64,000 nt of DNA from a virus (Duplodnaviria > Heunggongvirae > Uroviricota > Caudoviricetes), in IMG/VR virus record IMGVR_UViG_3300042922_000270; one strand, written 5' to 3'. A program made the translations under genes and the position numbers. Positions 18,530 to 26,937 of the stretch are shown here, one piece after another. Each line of letters opens with the position of its first letter. The stretch's first letter is position 1. The notes under the pieces were generated by a model. It worked only from the letters and a program-made list of their open reading frames with translations. It ran no database searches and was not told where the DNA came from.

Positions 18530-19455
18530 TGCCACCTATGGTTAGCGTCTTCAATAGAGCGCGTCCAAATCTAGATACTGCAATGGGGTTTCTGTTTGGT
18601 GGTATCATCACAGGCAACTCCAGTGCGGTTGTAGATACATACCAGTTTGCTAACCTCAGTACTAGAGGCGCTGCGGCTGCTAACCTTAGCGCTGGTAGAT
18701 ACAACTTCAGAGCTGCGGGTAATAATACTAACGCGTTTACATTCGGTGGCTGGACCAATACGACAGTGTCTACTGTAGAGAACTACCTGTTTGCTACTCC
18801 AACTACTAAAGGCACTACACCCAGCGCATTAAGTGGTATCCGTCACGGTACTGCAGCATCTAGTAACAACACCAATGCCTTTACGTACGGCGGTAGAACC
18901 AGTAGTGACTCTAATGCTGTAGAGAATTATGTCTTTGCTACTCCGACCAGTAAGGGCACATCCCCTTCAACCCTATCTACTGCTAGAGCCCACCTAAGAG
19001 CAACTGGAAATAATACTGTTGCATTTGTATTCGGAGGAAGCACTGGCGAAGGTTCTGCCTTTGTGAGTACCGTAGAGCAGTACCAGTACGCTAGTCCCGG
19101 TACCAAGGGCACTACCCCCTCGGTCTTGGCACAAGCTAAAGATGGTATGGGTGTAGGGGCTAATGCCACTATTGCCCTAGTTATGGGTGGTAGAACTACT
19201 TCTGGTGGAACCAACATTGCTACCGGCGAGCAGTATATTTTCGCTACACCCACTACTAAGGGCGCTGCTCCAGCAAACCTAGCGTCAGCTAATGCTAGTG
19301 CTGGTGACCTCTGTAGTGGAATATCTTTACTGTTAGTTTATGGCTCATATGCCGAGCACTATATCCTAGCCACTCCTAGCAGCAAGGGTGCATCCCCCGC
19401 AACCTGTACCGTGGAGTGGGGCGGCGCTGGTGCAACCAACTATACAAAGTCATAA
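18529..19455 (+). CDS. Six-repeat kelch-like beta-propeller protein D
   Basis: Same FGG...VENY.FATP.TKGT.P..LS repeat, six copies; TAATG-coupled to the upstream gene. Confidence 0.7.
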   Translation: MPPMVSVFNRARPNLDTAMGFLFGGIITGNSSAVVDTYQFANLSTRGAAAANLSAGRYNFRAAGNNTNAFTFGGWTNTTVSTVENYLFATPTTKGTTPSALSGIRHGTAASSNNTNAFTYGGRTSSDSNAVENYVFATPTSKGTSPSTLSTARAHLRATGNNTVAFVFGGSTGEGSAFVSTVEQYQYASPGTKGTTPSVLAQAKDGMGVGANATIALVMGGRTTSGGTNIATGEQYIFATPTTKGAAPANLASANASAGDLCSGISLLLVYGSYAEHYILATPSSKGASPATCTVEWGGAGATNYTKS

Positions 19456-19467
19456 TGGAGAATAACA

Positions 19468-19959
19468 ATGCCTAAGATTGGTAAAGCTGGAGTGCACAGC
19501 GACATTGCACTAGACTCGGAAGTAACAGCAGCTCTAGCCAGTAAGGCTGACACATCAGCACTAACGTCTAAGGCCGATACCACTACAGTTACTGCTCTTC
19601 AGTTCTATGATGTGGGTGGCGGTTTTGGAATCAAGCCTTCTGCTAACGAAGTCATCTTGGTTTACAGGACTGCTAGAGCCCTAAGCTTTGCAGCTAACTT
19701 TACTGGATCAGTAGGCTATGCTAACGTAGCCCCGACTGCTAGTACTACCTTCACTGTACATACTAAGACTACCCCTACCGGTTCTGAGACCCAGATCGGT
19801 ACCATCGTGTTTGGTACCAACAAGTCTGCTACCTTCACCACCACCAGCGGTACAGCTAAGTCCATGGCAGTAGGTGATATCCTCATCGTTAAGGCTCCCG
19901 CATCCCCCGATGCTACTCTAGCTGAGGGATGCTTCACTCTTATTGCGACCTTAGTCTAA
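19468..19959 (+). CDS. Small fibre-associated beta-sandwich protein 2
   Basis: FYDVGGGFGIKPSANEVIL...APTASTTFTV...GTIVF; paralog of 18029..18529. Confidence 0.55.
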   Translation: MPKIGKAGVHSDIALDSEVTAALASKADTSALTSKADTTTVTALQFYDVGGGFGIKPSANEVILVYRTARALSFAANFTGSVGYANVAPTASTTFTVHTKTTPTGSETQIGTIVFGTNKSATFTTTSGTAKSMAVGDILIVKAPASPDATLAEGCFTLIATLV

Positions 19960-21107
19960 TGCCTTTTATTCAGAATAGGACAGGAGGTCGAGGAGGCTTC
20001 GGCTTCTTTAAAAATAGTGGAATAGAGTTCACCTATAACTTAGGTGGAGCATCTGCGCTTGCTCAGCCAACCGATGATAGAAACGAGATAGGTTTTGCTA
20101 CCGACGGGAATAAGTTATTCTTCTTCGGAGGTAAGAACTCAGCGGCCTCGGCTCTCTACAACACTGTACAGATTTACGACATCGCCTCTAATCAGTGGAG
20201 TACAGGACCCACGATGGCGGCATCCAGAACCTCTTCTGCATGTATATACTATCCACCTACTAACAAGATTTATGTCTTTGGAGGCGGTAATACATCGGAT
20301 GGTGGTGGTGGCAGTAGCACTGTTTACATATACAATGTTGCAACTAATTCATGGGATGTTAACGGTGCTCTCGCTCCAGCAATTAACTCAGATGACCAGT
20401 GCTTCTTGGTAGGAAGTGATGTCTATGTAGGTAGAGGTACTGCGGTGGGTGCAACTAACACCACCTGGTACAAGTACAGTATTACCAATAATACTTGGTC
20501 TAGTACTGTGGCCGCGTACCCTATTGGTAACTGTTCAGGTGCAGCAGCCACCGTTCTAGGCAAGGGCTACGTATTTGGTGGTCAGGGCTCAACAGCAGGC
20601 CAGGCCGTATATATGTACGAGAACTCTAACAACACTTGGGTAGGTAAAGCTAGCATGCCCGGACTTGTTATGGAACCAGTAGCAACCACCCTTCCAGATA
20701 ATTCTGTATATGTCATAGGTGGTATGGATGGTTCAAGCGTAGCACAGAACTACATTCAGATTTATAATCCGGTAAGTAATACATGGGACAACACACATAC
20801 GTTAACTACCGCTAGGACCAGACATGCTGCTCTATCAGTTAAAGGACGAGTATACGTTGCTTACGGTTCAAACACTACGTCTATGGAAGCTTTCGATACA
20901 ATGGCCTACATTGGAACAGCAAATACCGAGGGTACAGTTACCTGCACAACTAACGGCTACCAGGTGACTAACGTAACCTCTGGCGTGACCGCAGATTCAG
21001 TAAGCTTTACTATAGGTGATGTTCTAGTAGTTAAGACAGCCCCTATTAAGGTTGGAACCCAACAGTTAGAAATAAAGGTTCGCATAGTCGGAACCGTAAC
21101 CCCCTAA
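19959..21107 (+). CDS. Canonical kelch-repeat beta-propeller protein (probable start at ATG 19959)
   Basis: Repeated (L/I)YxxGG...V..YD...N.W...xM motifs; a TAATG overlap supports the 19959 start over 19929. Confidence 0.85.
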   Translation: MPFIQNRTGGRGGFGFFKNSGIEFTYNLGGASALAQPTDDRNEIGFATDGNKLFFFGGKNSAASALYNTVQIYDIASNQWSTGPTMAASRTSSACIYYPPTNKIYVFGGGNTSDGGGGSSTVYIYNVATNSWDVNGALAPAINSDDQCFLVGSDVYVGRGTAVGATNTTWYKYSITNNTWSSTVAAYPIGNCSGAAATVLGKGYVFGGQGSTAGQAVYMYENSNNTWVGKASMPGLVMEPVATTLPDNSVYVIGGMDGSSVAQNYIQIYNPVSNTWDNTHTLTTARTRHAALSVKGRVYVAYGSNTTSMEAFDTMAYIGTANTEGTVTCTTNGYQVTNVTSGVTADSVSFTIGDVLVVKTAPIKVGTQQLEIKVRIVGTVTP

Positions 21108-21118
21108 GGAGAAAACAA

Positions 21119-21394
21119 ATGACTAACATTCTAATCAAACTGGTCCAGGTGGTAATCGCCATGGTGACCGAAGCTATCCTACGTAAGGGTAATGCTGCCG
21201 GTGCAGATGCTAACGAAGCCCTTATTATCGAAGCTATCGTGACTGCTGCAAAGCTAGCCATTGAAGCTGCTAAACTACCCATCTACGTTAGGATGTTTAT
21301 TAATGATGCCATGCTGTATGCTGTTGCTAAGGCTGCAGCTGACCTAGTAGAAGAGCTTATCGCCAAAGGTCTCGATCTAGTCAACAAGAAGTAG
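21119..21394 (+). CDS. Small amphipathic helical protein, possibly lysis-associated
   Basis: GGAG RBS; Ala/Ile/Leu-rich helices; immediately upstream of the holin and amidase. Confidence 0.4.
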   Translation: MTNILIKLVQVVIAMVTEAILRKGNAAGADANEALIIEAIVTAAKLAIEAAKLPIYVRMFINDAMLYAVAKAAADLVEELIAKGLDLVNKK

Positions 21395-21397
21395 TAA

Positions 21398-21475
21398 CAC
21401 CTTAATATTGCTCAGATATCACCCCGCCGTATCAACTATGATTAGATGTTACAGTGGGGTAATATCTTTAAGGTG
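21398..21475 (+). other. Long imperfect RNA/DNA hairpin upstream of the holin
   Basis: CACCTTAA/TTAAGGTG, AGATAT/ATATCT, ACCCC/GGGGT, GTA/TAC, CA/TG and CTA/TAG pair in nested order around a TGAT loop. Confidence 0.65.
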
Positions 21476-21515
21476 CCGAAGCTTGAGCTAGGATGAACAC
21501 CAAAGGAACATCAAA

Positions 21516-22022
21516 ATGGATAAACTATTAGAGTCAGTCATGGCTGCACTACCCGCATGGAAGATGTTACTAGCAGGAGCCCTAGCAAGCCCTCTACTAG
21601 CCTTCTTCAACGTGCCCGCCCTCCACATGTTATTCCTCATCCTAGTAGTTGATTTCATTACCGGACTATATAAGGCCAGAGCACTTAAGCGTCTGACCAG
21701 TAATAAGTTCTCAGGAGCACTAGAAAGAGCATTTGGCTATGCTATGATCTTTACCGTCATGCATGCCCTAACCGTTATCTCCCCGCTACTGTTCGTTGTA
21801 GAGCAGGCTATCCTAGCAGGCTGTGCCCTCAGAGAAGCCATCTCAGTAGTAGAGAACATCAAGACTGTAGAGTTGTACAAGGGTAGAGAGAACAAGGTCC
21901 TAGATAAACTAGTAGAGTTACTAGGCCTAAACCTAGACAAGCTTCTTGCTGACGCCGATAAGGGTGCTAAGAGCAAGACCCACAAAGAGGAAACTAAAGA
22001 TGAAACTAACGAAGGTCAATAA
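21516..22022 (+). CDS. Phage holin (holin family 4_1-like)
   Basis: Hydrophobic segments with LVVDFITGLYKA...S.KF...L.R...Y...E.ISVVENI, the pattern of this holin family; overlaps the endolysin. Confidence 0.8.
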   Translation: MDKLLESVMAALPAWKMLLAGALASPLLAFFNVPALHMLFLILVVDFITGLYKARALKRLTSNKFSGALERAFGYAMIFTVMHALTVISPLLFVVEQAILAGCALREAISVVENIKTVELYKGRENKVLDKLVELLGLNLDKLLADADKGAKSKTHKEETKDETNEGQ

Positions 22023-22425
22023 CATTGTTCTTCACCACTCAGCCAGTGGTCGTGACACAACTACTAAAGCTATGATCGAGCAGTGGCACCTTGGTAAGGG
22101 CTACGCTGGTATCGGCTACCACTATATCATCACTGGTGATGGTAAGCTCCACACTGGCCGTCCTGCCACTGAGGTAGGCGCACATGCATATGGACGTAAC
22201 TCTGATACCCTAGGTATCTGCCTAACAGGTAACTTCGATAAGGAGAAGCCTTCAGATGCCCAGATGAAGACTCTAATTCAGCTCCTAGCTACTCTATGTC
22301 AGAGACACAAGCTAAGAACTGCAGCTATTATTGGTCACAGAGATACCATTGCTACCTCCTGCCCTGGAGCCAACGTCTACAACAAGCTAAGCTACATCAA
22401 GACTGAAGTAGCCAAGTACCTATAA
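22000..22425 (+). CDS. Endolysin, N-acetylmuramoyl-L-alanine amidase (Amidase_2, T7 lysozyme-like); probable start 22000
   Basis: IVLHHSA, IGYHYII, GAHA.G.NS..LGICL.GNF and GHRD...TSCPG zinc-amidase motifs; no cell-wall-binding domain. Confidence 0.92.
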   Translation: MKLTKVNNIVLHHSASGRDTTTKAMIEQWHLGKGYAGIGYHYIITGDGKLHTGRPATEVGAHAYGRNSDTLGICLTGNFDKEKPSDAQMKTLIQLLATLCQRHKLRTAAIIGHRDTIATSCPGANVYNKLSYIKTEVAKYL

Positions 22426-22437
22426 GGTAATCAAGTC

Positions 22438-24246
22438 ATGGGCTACGAATTCAACCTGGATATGCTTAATCCTGTCCAGAGGAAGATAACCAAACAACTT
22501 CAAGGTGTCTACAAGGTCACCGAAACAGCAGAACCTGGCGAGCAGGTGAAACCAGCTAGACCGCTAGGTGATAGTGAGTATCCTCACGGGGATGTCTCAC
22601 TTACGTCCTTTGCTGCAACTGAGAAAGGGTTTGCAGAAGCAGGTGCTAAAGTAGGCTATGACAAGATAACTGAAGAGGACTTTCGTAAGAAGACGGGTGT
22701 TGGTGGTCGTGCTGAGTTCTGGCTAAGACCCCTAGATGGTAAGAAGAAGGGTTATGGACCTGGAGCACGTATCGAACTGATGCCTGCTCGTAAGTCCATG
22801 ACCCCTAACCAAGGACAAGCAGTACCTGGTGCTGGTGCAGGACTAGAGATCAGAACTAAGTCTAGTATGGCTAAGCTTCTAATCCCTGGCAGCTACCCTA
22901 TCTGGCAGTACATGGGTACAGCCGAAGAGACTATCACCCTTGTAGGAGCATTTGCAGGGTTCGATATTCCATCTAGTATGGATGAGAACCCCGCTATCTC
23001 CCAAATGTCATACGACCGTAGACGTCTAGGTAATGCTTGGGACGAGGCCATCAACGTTCTAGAGCAAGTCAAAGCTGGCTACGAACTAGAGCTAGTGATG
23101 CGTTGGAACAGCGACAGTGATAGTCTCCCTGAGGACCTATCTCTTGAGTTCCTGCCCGGTCTCAAGTACACAGGTTATGTACGAAACTTCAGACAAGAAA
23201 GAGCCACAGCTCAGAGAGTATATTACTTTATCGAGTTCGTGGTTACTAATCGTGACCATTCAATTCTTAACGAGAAGGCAGATGCTCCTAGCCTAGCCCC
23301 TAAGACTGTAAGAGCTGATAAGCTTGTCACGGCTTCTGGTTCTGGAGCCACTCCTGCTGAGATCAAAGCCGCTGAAGAGCGTCAGAAGAAGGAGCAGGAA
23401 GAGCGTAGAGGCGACACTACCCTAGAAGTAAGCAAACAAGATCACAATGCTAAGGGCGTGCCTATCTATGTTGATGACAAGCCCAAGGGCCACATATACG
23501 TTAAGTACACAGAAGAGAAGGTTCACACTTTCAAGACCTGGCCTATGCACTATACCACCAAGGGCCTACCTATAGCTCTACAGTCAGCTAGCTTCGATCC
23601 AGTAAATGGTAGAGCTACTCTTGTTGCAGCGCCTGGAGAAGAGTCCAAAGGAGTAGGAACAGTCTTTTACATTGAGGCTGCTCCTAGAAGCATTGAAGGT
23701 GCTAGGGAGAATTTTATTCAGACCTACATTGATCCAGTGTTCAAAGCTAAGGGTAAAGCTTATAAGCCTACCTATACTAAGATCTCCCCACCTAAGGCCA
23801 AGGCTACTGCGTCTAATCCTAACGCTCCTGCTACACCTGTTCCTGCTAAGGCTCCTAAGGCTCCTGTGAAACCTAAGACTCCTACACCAACAGCAACATC
23901 AACGAGTAGAGAACTACATGCACCTGGGACAATGGTGAACCTAGAAGGTGGAAGAATTATAGTACCTGCTCCTGACACCTATGCAGTTGATAGGAGTACT
24001 GATGTAGTACCTGATCCGGCATTACTAGCCCTCATCGGTGGTAAGGGAACCACAGTCAACGTTTGGTGGGTCTTACCCATAATAGGTAAGACCTTGCCGG
24101 GCACTAGTCAATACTGTTACTATATTGAAACTGAAACTCTATATAGACGACTTCCAGATAATGTAACGTGGATTCCTCATAAAAATGTTTCTATGAATGA
24201 GTTCTTAAGAATATTTAGTATTAAAGTGAAAGCAGTAAATGAGTAA
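22438..24246 (+). CDS. Hypothetical structural protein with a GpU-like (tail tube initiator-like) segment and a Pro/Lys/Ala linker
   Basis: IPGSYPIWQYMGTAEETITLVGAF resembles the P2 GpU G..P..Q..G...ETITL.G pattern; low-complexity PAKAPKAPVKPKTP linker. Confidence 0.35.
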   Translation: MGYEFNLDMLNPVQRKITKQLQGVYKVTETAEPGEQVKPARPLGDSEYPHGDVSLTSFAATEKGFAEAGAKVGYDKITEEDFRKKTGVGGRAEFWLRPLDGKKKGYGPGARIELMPARKSMTPNQGQAVPGAGAGLEIRTKSSMAKLLIPGSYPIWQYMGTAEETITLVGAFAGFDIPSSMDENPAISQMSYDRRRLGNAWDEAINVLEQVKAGYELELVMRWNSDSDSLPEDLSLEFLPGLKYTGYVRNFRQERATAQRVYYFIEFVVTNRDHSILNEKADAPSLAPKTVRADKLVTASGSGATPAEIKAAEERQKKEQEERRGDTTLEVSKQDHNAKGVPIYVDDKPKGHIYVKYTEEKVHTFKTWPMHYTTKGLPIALQSASFDPVNGRATLVAAPGEESKGVGTVFYIEAAPRSIEGARENFIQTYIDPVFKAKGKAYKPTYTKISPPKAKATASNPNAPATPVPAKAPKAPVKPKTPTPTATSTSRELHAPGTMVNLEGGRIIVPAPDTYAVDRSTDVVPDPALLALIGGKGTTVNVWWVLPIIGKTLPGTSQYCYYIETETLYRRLPDNVTWIPHKNVSMNEFLRIFSIKVKAVNE

Positions 24247-24601
24247 ACTAGTACCAGAGGACTACAAGCCTCGCCTATTGAACTTAGCACGAACTCTTGG
24301 TAGTATGGATGCTGTGGGTAATCTACCTGAAGCAACCATACTACAGGCGGTCGCCCATCCGGAAGACGTTATTGGCGTAACGTTAAAGAAGTGGGTATTT
24401 AACCTCACCGGCATCACTGCCGACTATGAGGTGTTTGACAAGAACCTAACGTACCTATACGCAGCAGATGCTATCGATGGTACGTGGGGCATGGACGAGA
24501 AGGACCAGCTATTATTAGCTCAAGTGCCATCAGGTCACTGGTTCTATATCGGCTACGAGACAGAGGAAGAAGACCGTTTCATAATGGTCATAAAACAATA
24601 A
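24239..24601 (+). CDS. Hypothetical protein
   Basis: Clean ORF coupled to both neighbours; no recognised motif. Confidence 0.5.
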   Translation: MSKLVPEDYKPRLLNLARTLGSMDAVGNLPEATILQAVAHPEDVIGVTLKKWVFNLTGITADYEVFDKNLTYLYAADAIDGTWGMDEKDQLLLAQVPSGHWFYIGYETEEEDRFIMVIKQ

Positions 24602-26508
24602 TGACACCAAACCATGAAGATGAAAGTAATAACGAATTCCAGAAACTAATCAAACATAGTACGTTCGACCTCGATCTGTTCTCTGCTCTTGAGCAGGGCA
24701 TCAAGGGTCAGGAACAAAGAGATCTCAACATCATTGAGTTTGCAAACGAAGTGGTGACAGGATTCGACAAGGGACTATTCTTGTCCCAGAAAGTAATTCT
24801 AAAGTCCATCTACTCAATTCCACTAGATGATACCATCGTGGACGAGAAGTTCGAGATGACTGAAAAGCAGCTCATGGATAGTTGGGTTGCTGACCGTAAG
24901 ACTAACTGGGTCGACCCAGAGACACTGCTGGTCAAAAAGAATCAACAGATAGCTGAGCTTAACTTAAGCCTAGATCCTAAGAAACAGCTAGCACCGCTAG
25001 AAGCATGGCGCTTCCAAGAGTTGATTATCGAAGCAGGAATGAGAAGCTCAAAGACAACCATGGCTGCTCTCATGACCGCTTATGAGTTCTATAGGTTGAT
25101 CAAGACAGACAACCCTCAAGAGTTGTTCGGACTACCTAAGACCTCACTACTGTTCTTCACCGTAATGGCTACCACTGCTGGTCAGGGTGAAAACACGGTA
25201 TACGGTAACGTTAAGTCTATGATTCAGAACTCTAACTTCTTCAAGGAAGAGGAGAAGGCTGGAAGGCTTATCGTTGGTGCCGAATCAATGAAGTACCCTA
25301 GCAAGAATATTATTATCTCCCTAGGTCACTCAAGAGCTGCATCTATTGTAGGTAGATCAGCACCCATTGTGGTATTCGACGAGATCGCCATGTTCGGCCT
25401 AGACGATACTGCTGCCGTTAACGTATCTGAGATCTACGCCCGAGTGGGCCGTTCAGCAGCTACGTTCGGAGACAAAGCTAAGCGCATCACCATTTCATCT
25501 GCCAAGGTGAAGGGCGATTTCATGGAGGTCCTAGTACGTGATAACTGGGACCGCATCGAGCAGGGTACCTTAGTGTTCTCACTGTCCACGTTTGACGTGA
25601 ACCCTATGATGAACATGCAGAACCCCATCATTTCAGGTGACTATCACCGAGACATTGAACAAGCACAGCGCGACTATGAGAACCTACGTCCAGGCTCTAT
25701 CTCAGGCTTCCTGAACCCTACAGTTATTAAGCAGTGCATTTCTCACGAGCCTATGAAGTACTGTCAGTACGAGACTGAGCAAGAAACCGTAACAGTAGAT
25801 GGAGAAGACAGGACTTACATCAACTTAGTGCTTAACGGTATTAAGCGTCCAGACAGCGCTGCAGTCATGTATGCCCACGCTGACCCTGGAGTACGTAAAG
25901 ATAGCTTCGGACTTGTTATAGGACATCCAGAGTACTCTAAAGATGGTGTCGTAACAGTCATCGACTTAGTACTAGAATGGATCCCACAGAAGGCCGGTAA
26001 GGGTATCGTATACGAAGTTAACCTAGACGACGTAGAGTCACGCATCGTAGAGCTGAATAAAGAATTCAGATTCGTACACTTGACCTTTGACCAATGGGAG
26101 TCTCACGGTGCTATCCAGAGACTGTTCAGAGCAGGCATCCCTACATTCAAGCAGCAGTTCGCTAAGAACAATCAGCTACAGATGTACAAGGCTCTCAGGC
26201 AGCGTATGAAGGATGGTCTGGTTAAGATACCTAACCACCCAACCCTAATCGAAGAACTAGAGAATCTAGAGCTTCGTAATGGTTCAAGGGTAGACCACCC
26301 TAAGAACAAAGATAGTCAGGTTGTAGGTCGTGGTAAGATCTCAAAGGACCTTGCTGACGGACTGGCCATGGTCAATTGGATCATCTCCATTAAGGAGAGA
26401 GGCTATGACCGTGACTCAGGATTCGCTAACACCCCTGACCAGTCAGGTAACTTTATTAAGACCATTGGTCGTACTAGAGCTGCTGATCTAGGCCAAGGGT
26501 GGCGCTAA
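24601..26508 (+). CDS. terL: Terminase large subunit (probable start at ATG 24601)
   Basis: EAGMRSSKTT Walker A variant, VVFDEIA Walker B, and a C-terminal nuclease with HADPG..KD, TFDQWES, RVDHP and SKDLADGLA. Confidence 0.88.
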   Translation: MTPNHEDESNNEFQKLIKHSTFDLDLFSALEQGIKGQEQRDLNIIEFANEVVTGFDKGLFLSQKVILKSIYSIPLDDTIVDEKFEMTEKQLMDSWVADRKTNWVDPETLLVKKNQQIAELNLSLDPKKQLAPLEAWRFQELIIEAGMRSSKTTMAALMTAYEFYRLIKTDNPQELFGLPKTSLLFFTVMATTAGQGENTVYGNVKSMIQNSNFFKEEEKAGRLIVGAESMKYPSKNIIISLGHSRAASIVGRSAPIVVFDEIAMFGLDDTAAVNVSEIYARVGRSAATFGDKAKRITISSAKVKGDFMEVLVRDNWDRIEQGTLVFSLSTFDVNPMMNMQNPIISGDYHRDIEQAQRDYENLRPGSISGFLNPTVIKQCISHEPMKYCQYETEQETVTVDGEDRTYINLVLNGIKRPDSAAVMYAHADPGVRKDSFGLVIGHPEYSKDGVVTVIDLVLEWIPQKAGKGIVYEVNLDDVESRIVELNKEFRFVHLTFDQWESHGAIQRLFRAGIPTFKQQFAKNNQLQMYKALRQRMKDGLVKIPNHPTLIEELENLELRNGSRVDHPKNKDSQVVGRGKISKDLADGLAMVNWIISIKERGYDRDSGFANTPDQSGNFIKTIGRTRAADLGQGWR

Positions 26509-26681
26509 CAAGTAAACACCACTTCATAGTCTTTATGGAAGACTGTCATCTTATGAGCTATACCTGGAATCTCACATCGGATAGCTGCTTCCTTAACTTC
26601 TAAAACTTCACCAAGATACCCTGCGGCTTTACTAAACCAATGGGTATCTTTTATTATGACAATATCTCCTGGCTGGATCAT
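26505..26681 (-). CDS. SH3/KOW-like family member 1 (58 aa), absent from the ORF track
   Basis: Hand translation: MIQPGDIVIIKDTHWFSKAAGYLGEVLEVKEAAIRCEIPGIAHKMTVFHKDYEVVFTC. ATGA overlap with the upstream paralog; its stop overlaps the terL stop. Confidence 0.75.
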   Translation of the reverse strand: MIQPGDIVIIKDTHWFSKAAGYLGEVLEVKEAAIRCEIPGIAHKMTVFHKDYEVVFTC

Positions 26682-26884
26682 ACAGTAAACATCACAGTCA
26701 GATCAGCAGGCTTACAGTAGTAGGCATGACCATTATCGAATGTAACACAGACTGTATAGGGATCCCCCGATGCAGGTGTAACCCATTCGTGGACCTCTAC
26801 CCTACCGATACTGCCATCAGGTACGATACAACTATGAGGCTCACACTTACAATTAAAGACTACTAGATCATCTATTCCAAACAT
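26678..26884 (-). CDS. SH3/KOW-like family member 2
   Basis: FGIDDLVVF...GRVE...Y.V...DLTVMFTV. Confidence 0.65.
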   Translation of the reverse strand: MFGIDDLVVFNCKCEPHSCIVPDGSIGRVEVHEWVTPASGDPYTVCVTFDNGHAYYCKPADLTVMFTV

Positions 26885-26899
26885 TACTTATATACCTAC

Positions 26900-26926
26900 A
26901 AAAAGAGAGCCCCCGAAGGGGCTCTC
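26900..26926 (-). terminator. Rho-independent terminator
   Basis: GAGAGCCCC-TTCG-GGGGCTCTC followed by a T run on the - strand, downstream of nrdJ. Confidence 0.85.
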
Positions 26927-26937
26927 ATTTATTATGT

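Noticed and set aside
21398-21475. Hairpin as a tRNA, SRP RNA or known riboswitch
   Set aside because: There is no cloverleaf, T-loop or CCA, no SRP helix-8 motif, and no riboswitch consensus recognised.
24484-24600. N-terminal extensions in the ORF track for terL (24484), amidase (21946), kelch (19929), udg (51662) and others
   Set aside because: They overlap upstream genes extensively, and downstream ATG/GTG starts give the tight coupling typical of this genome.
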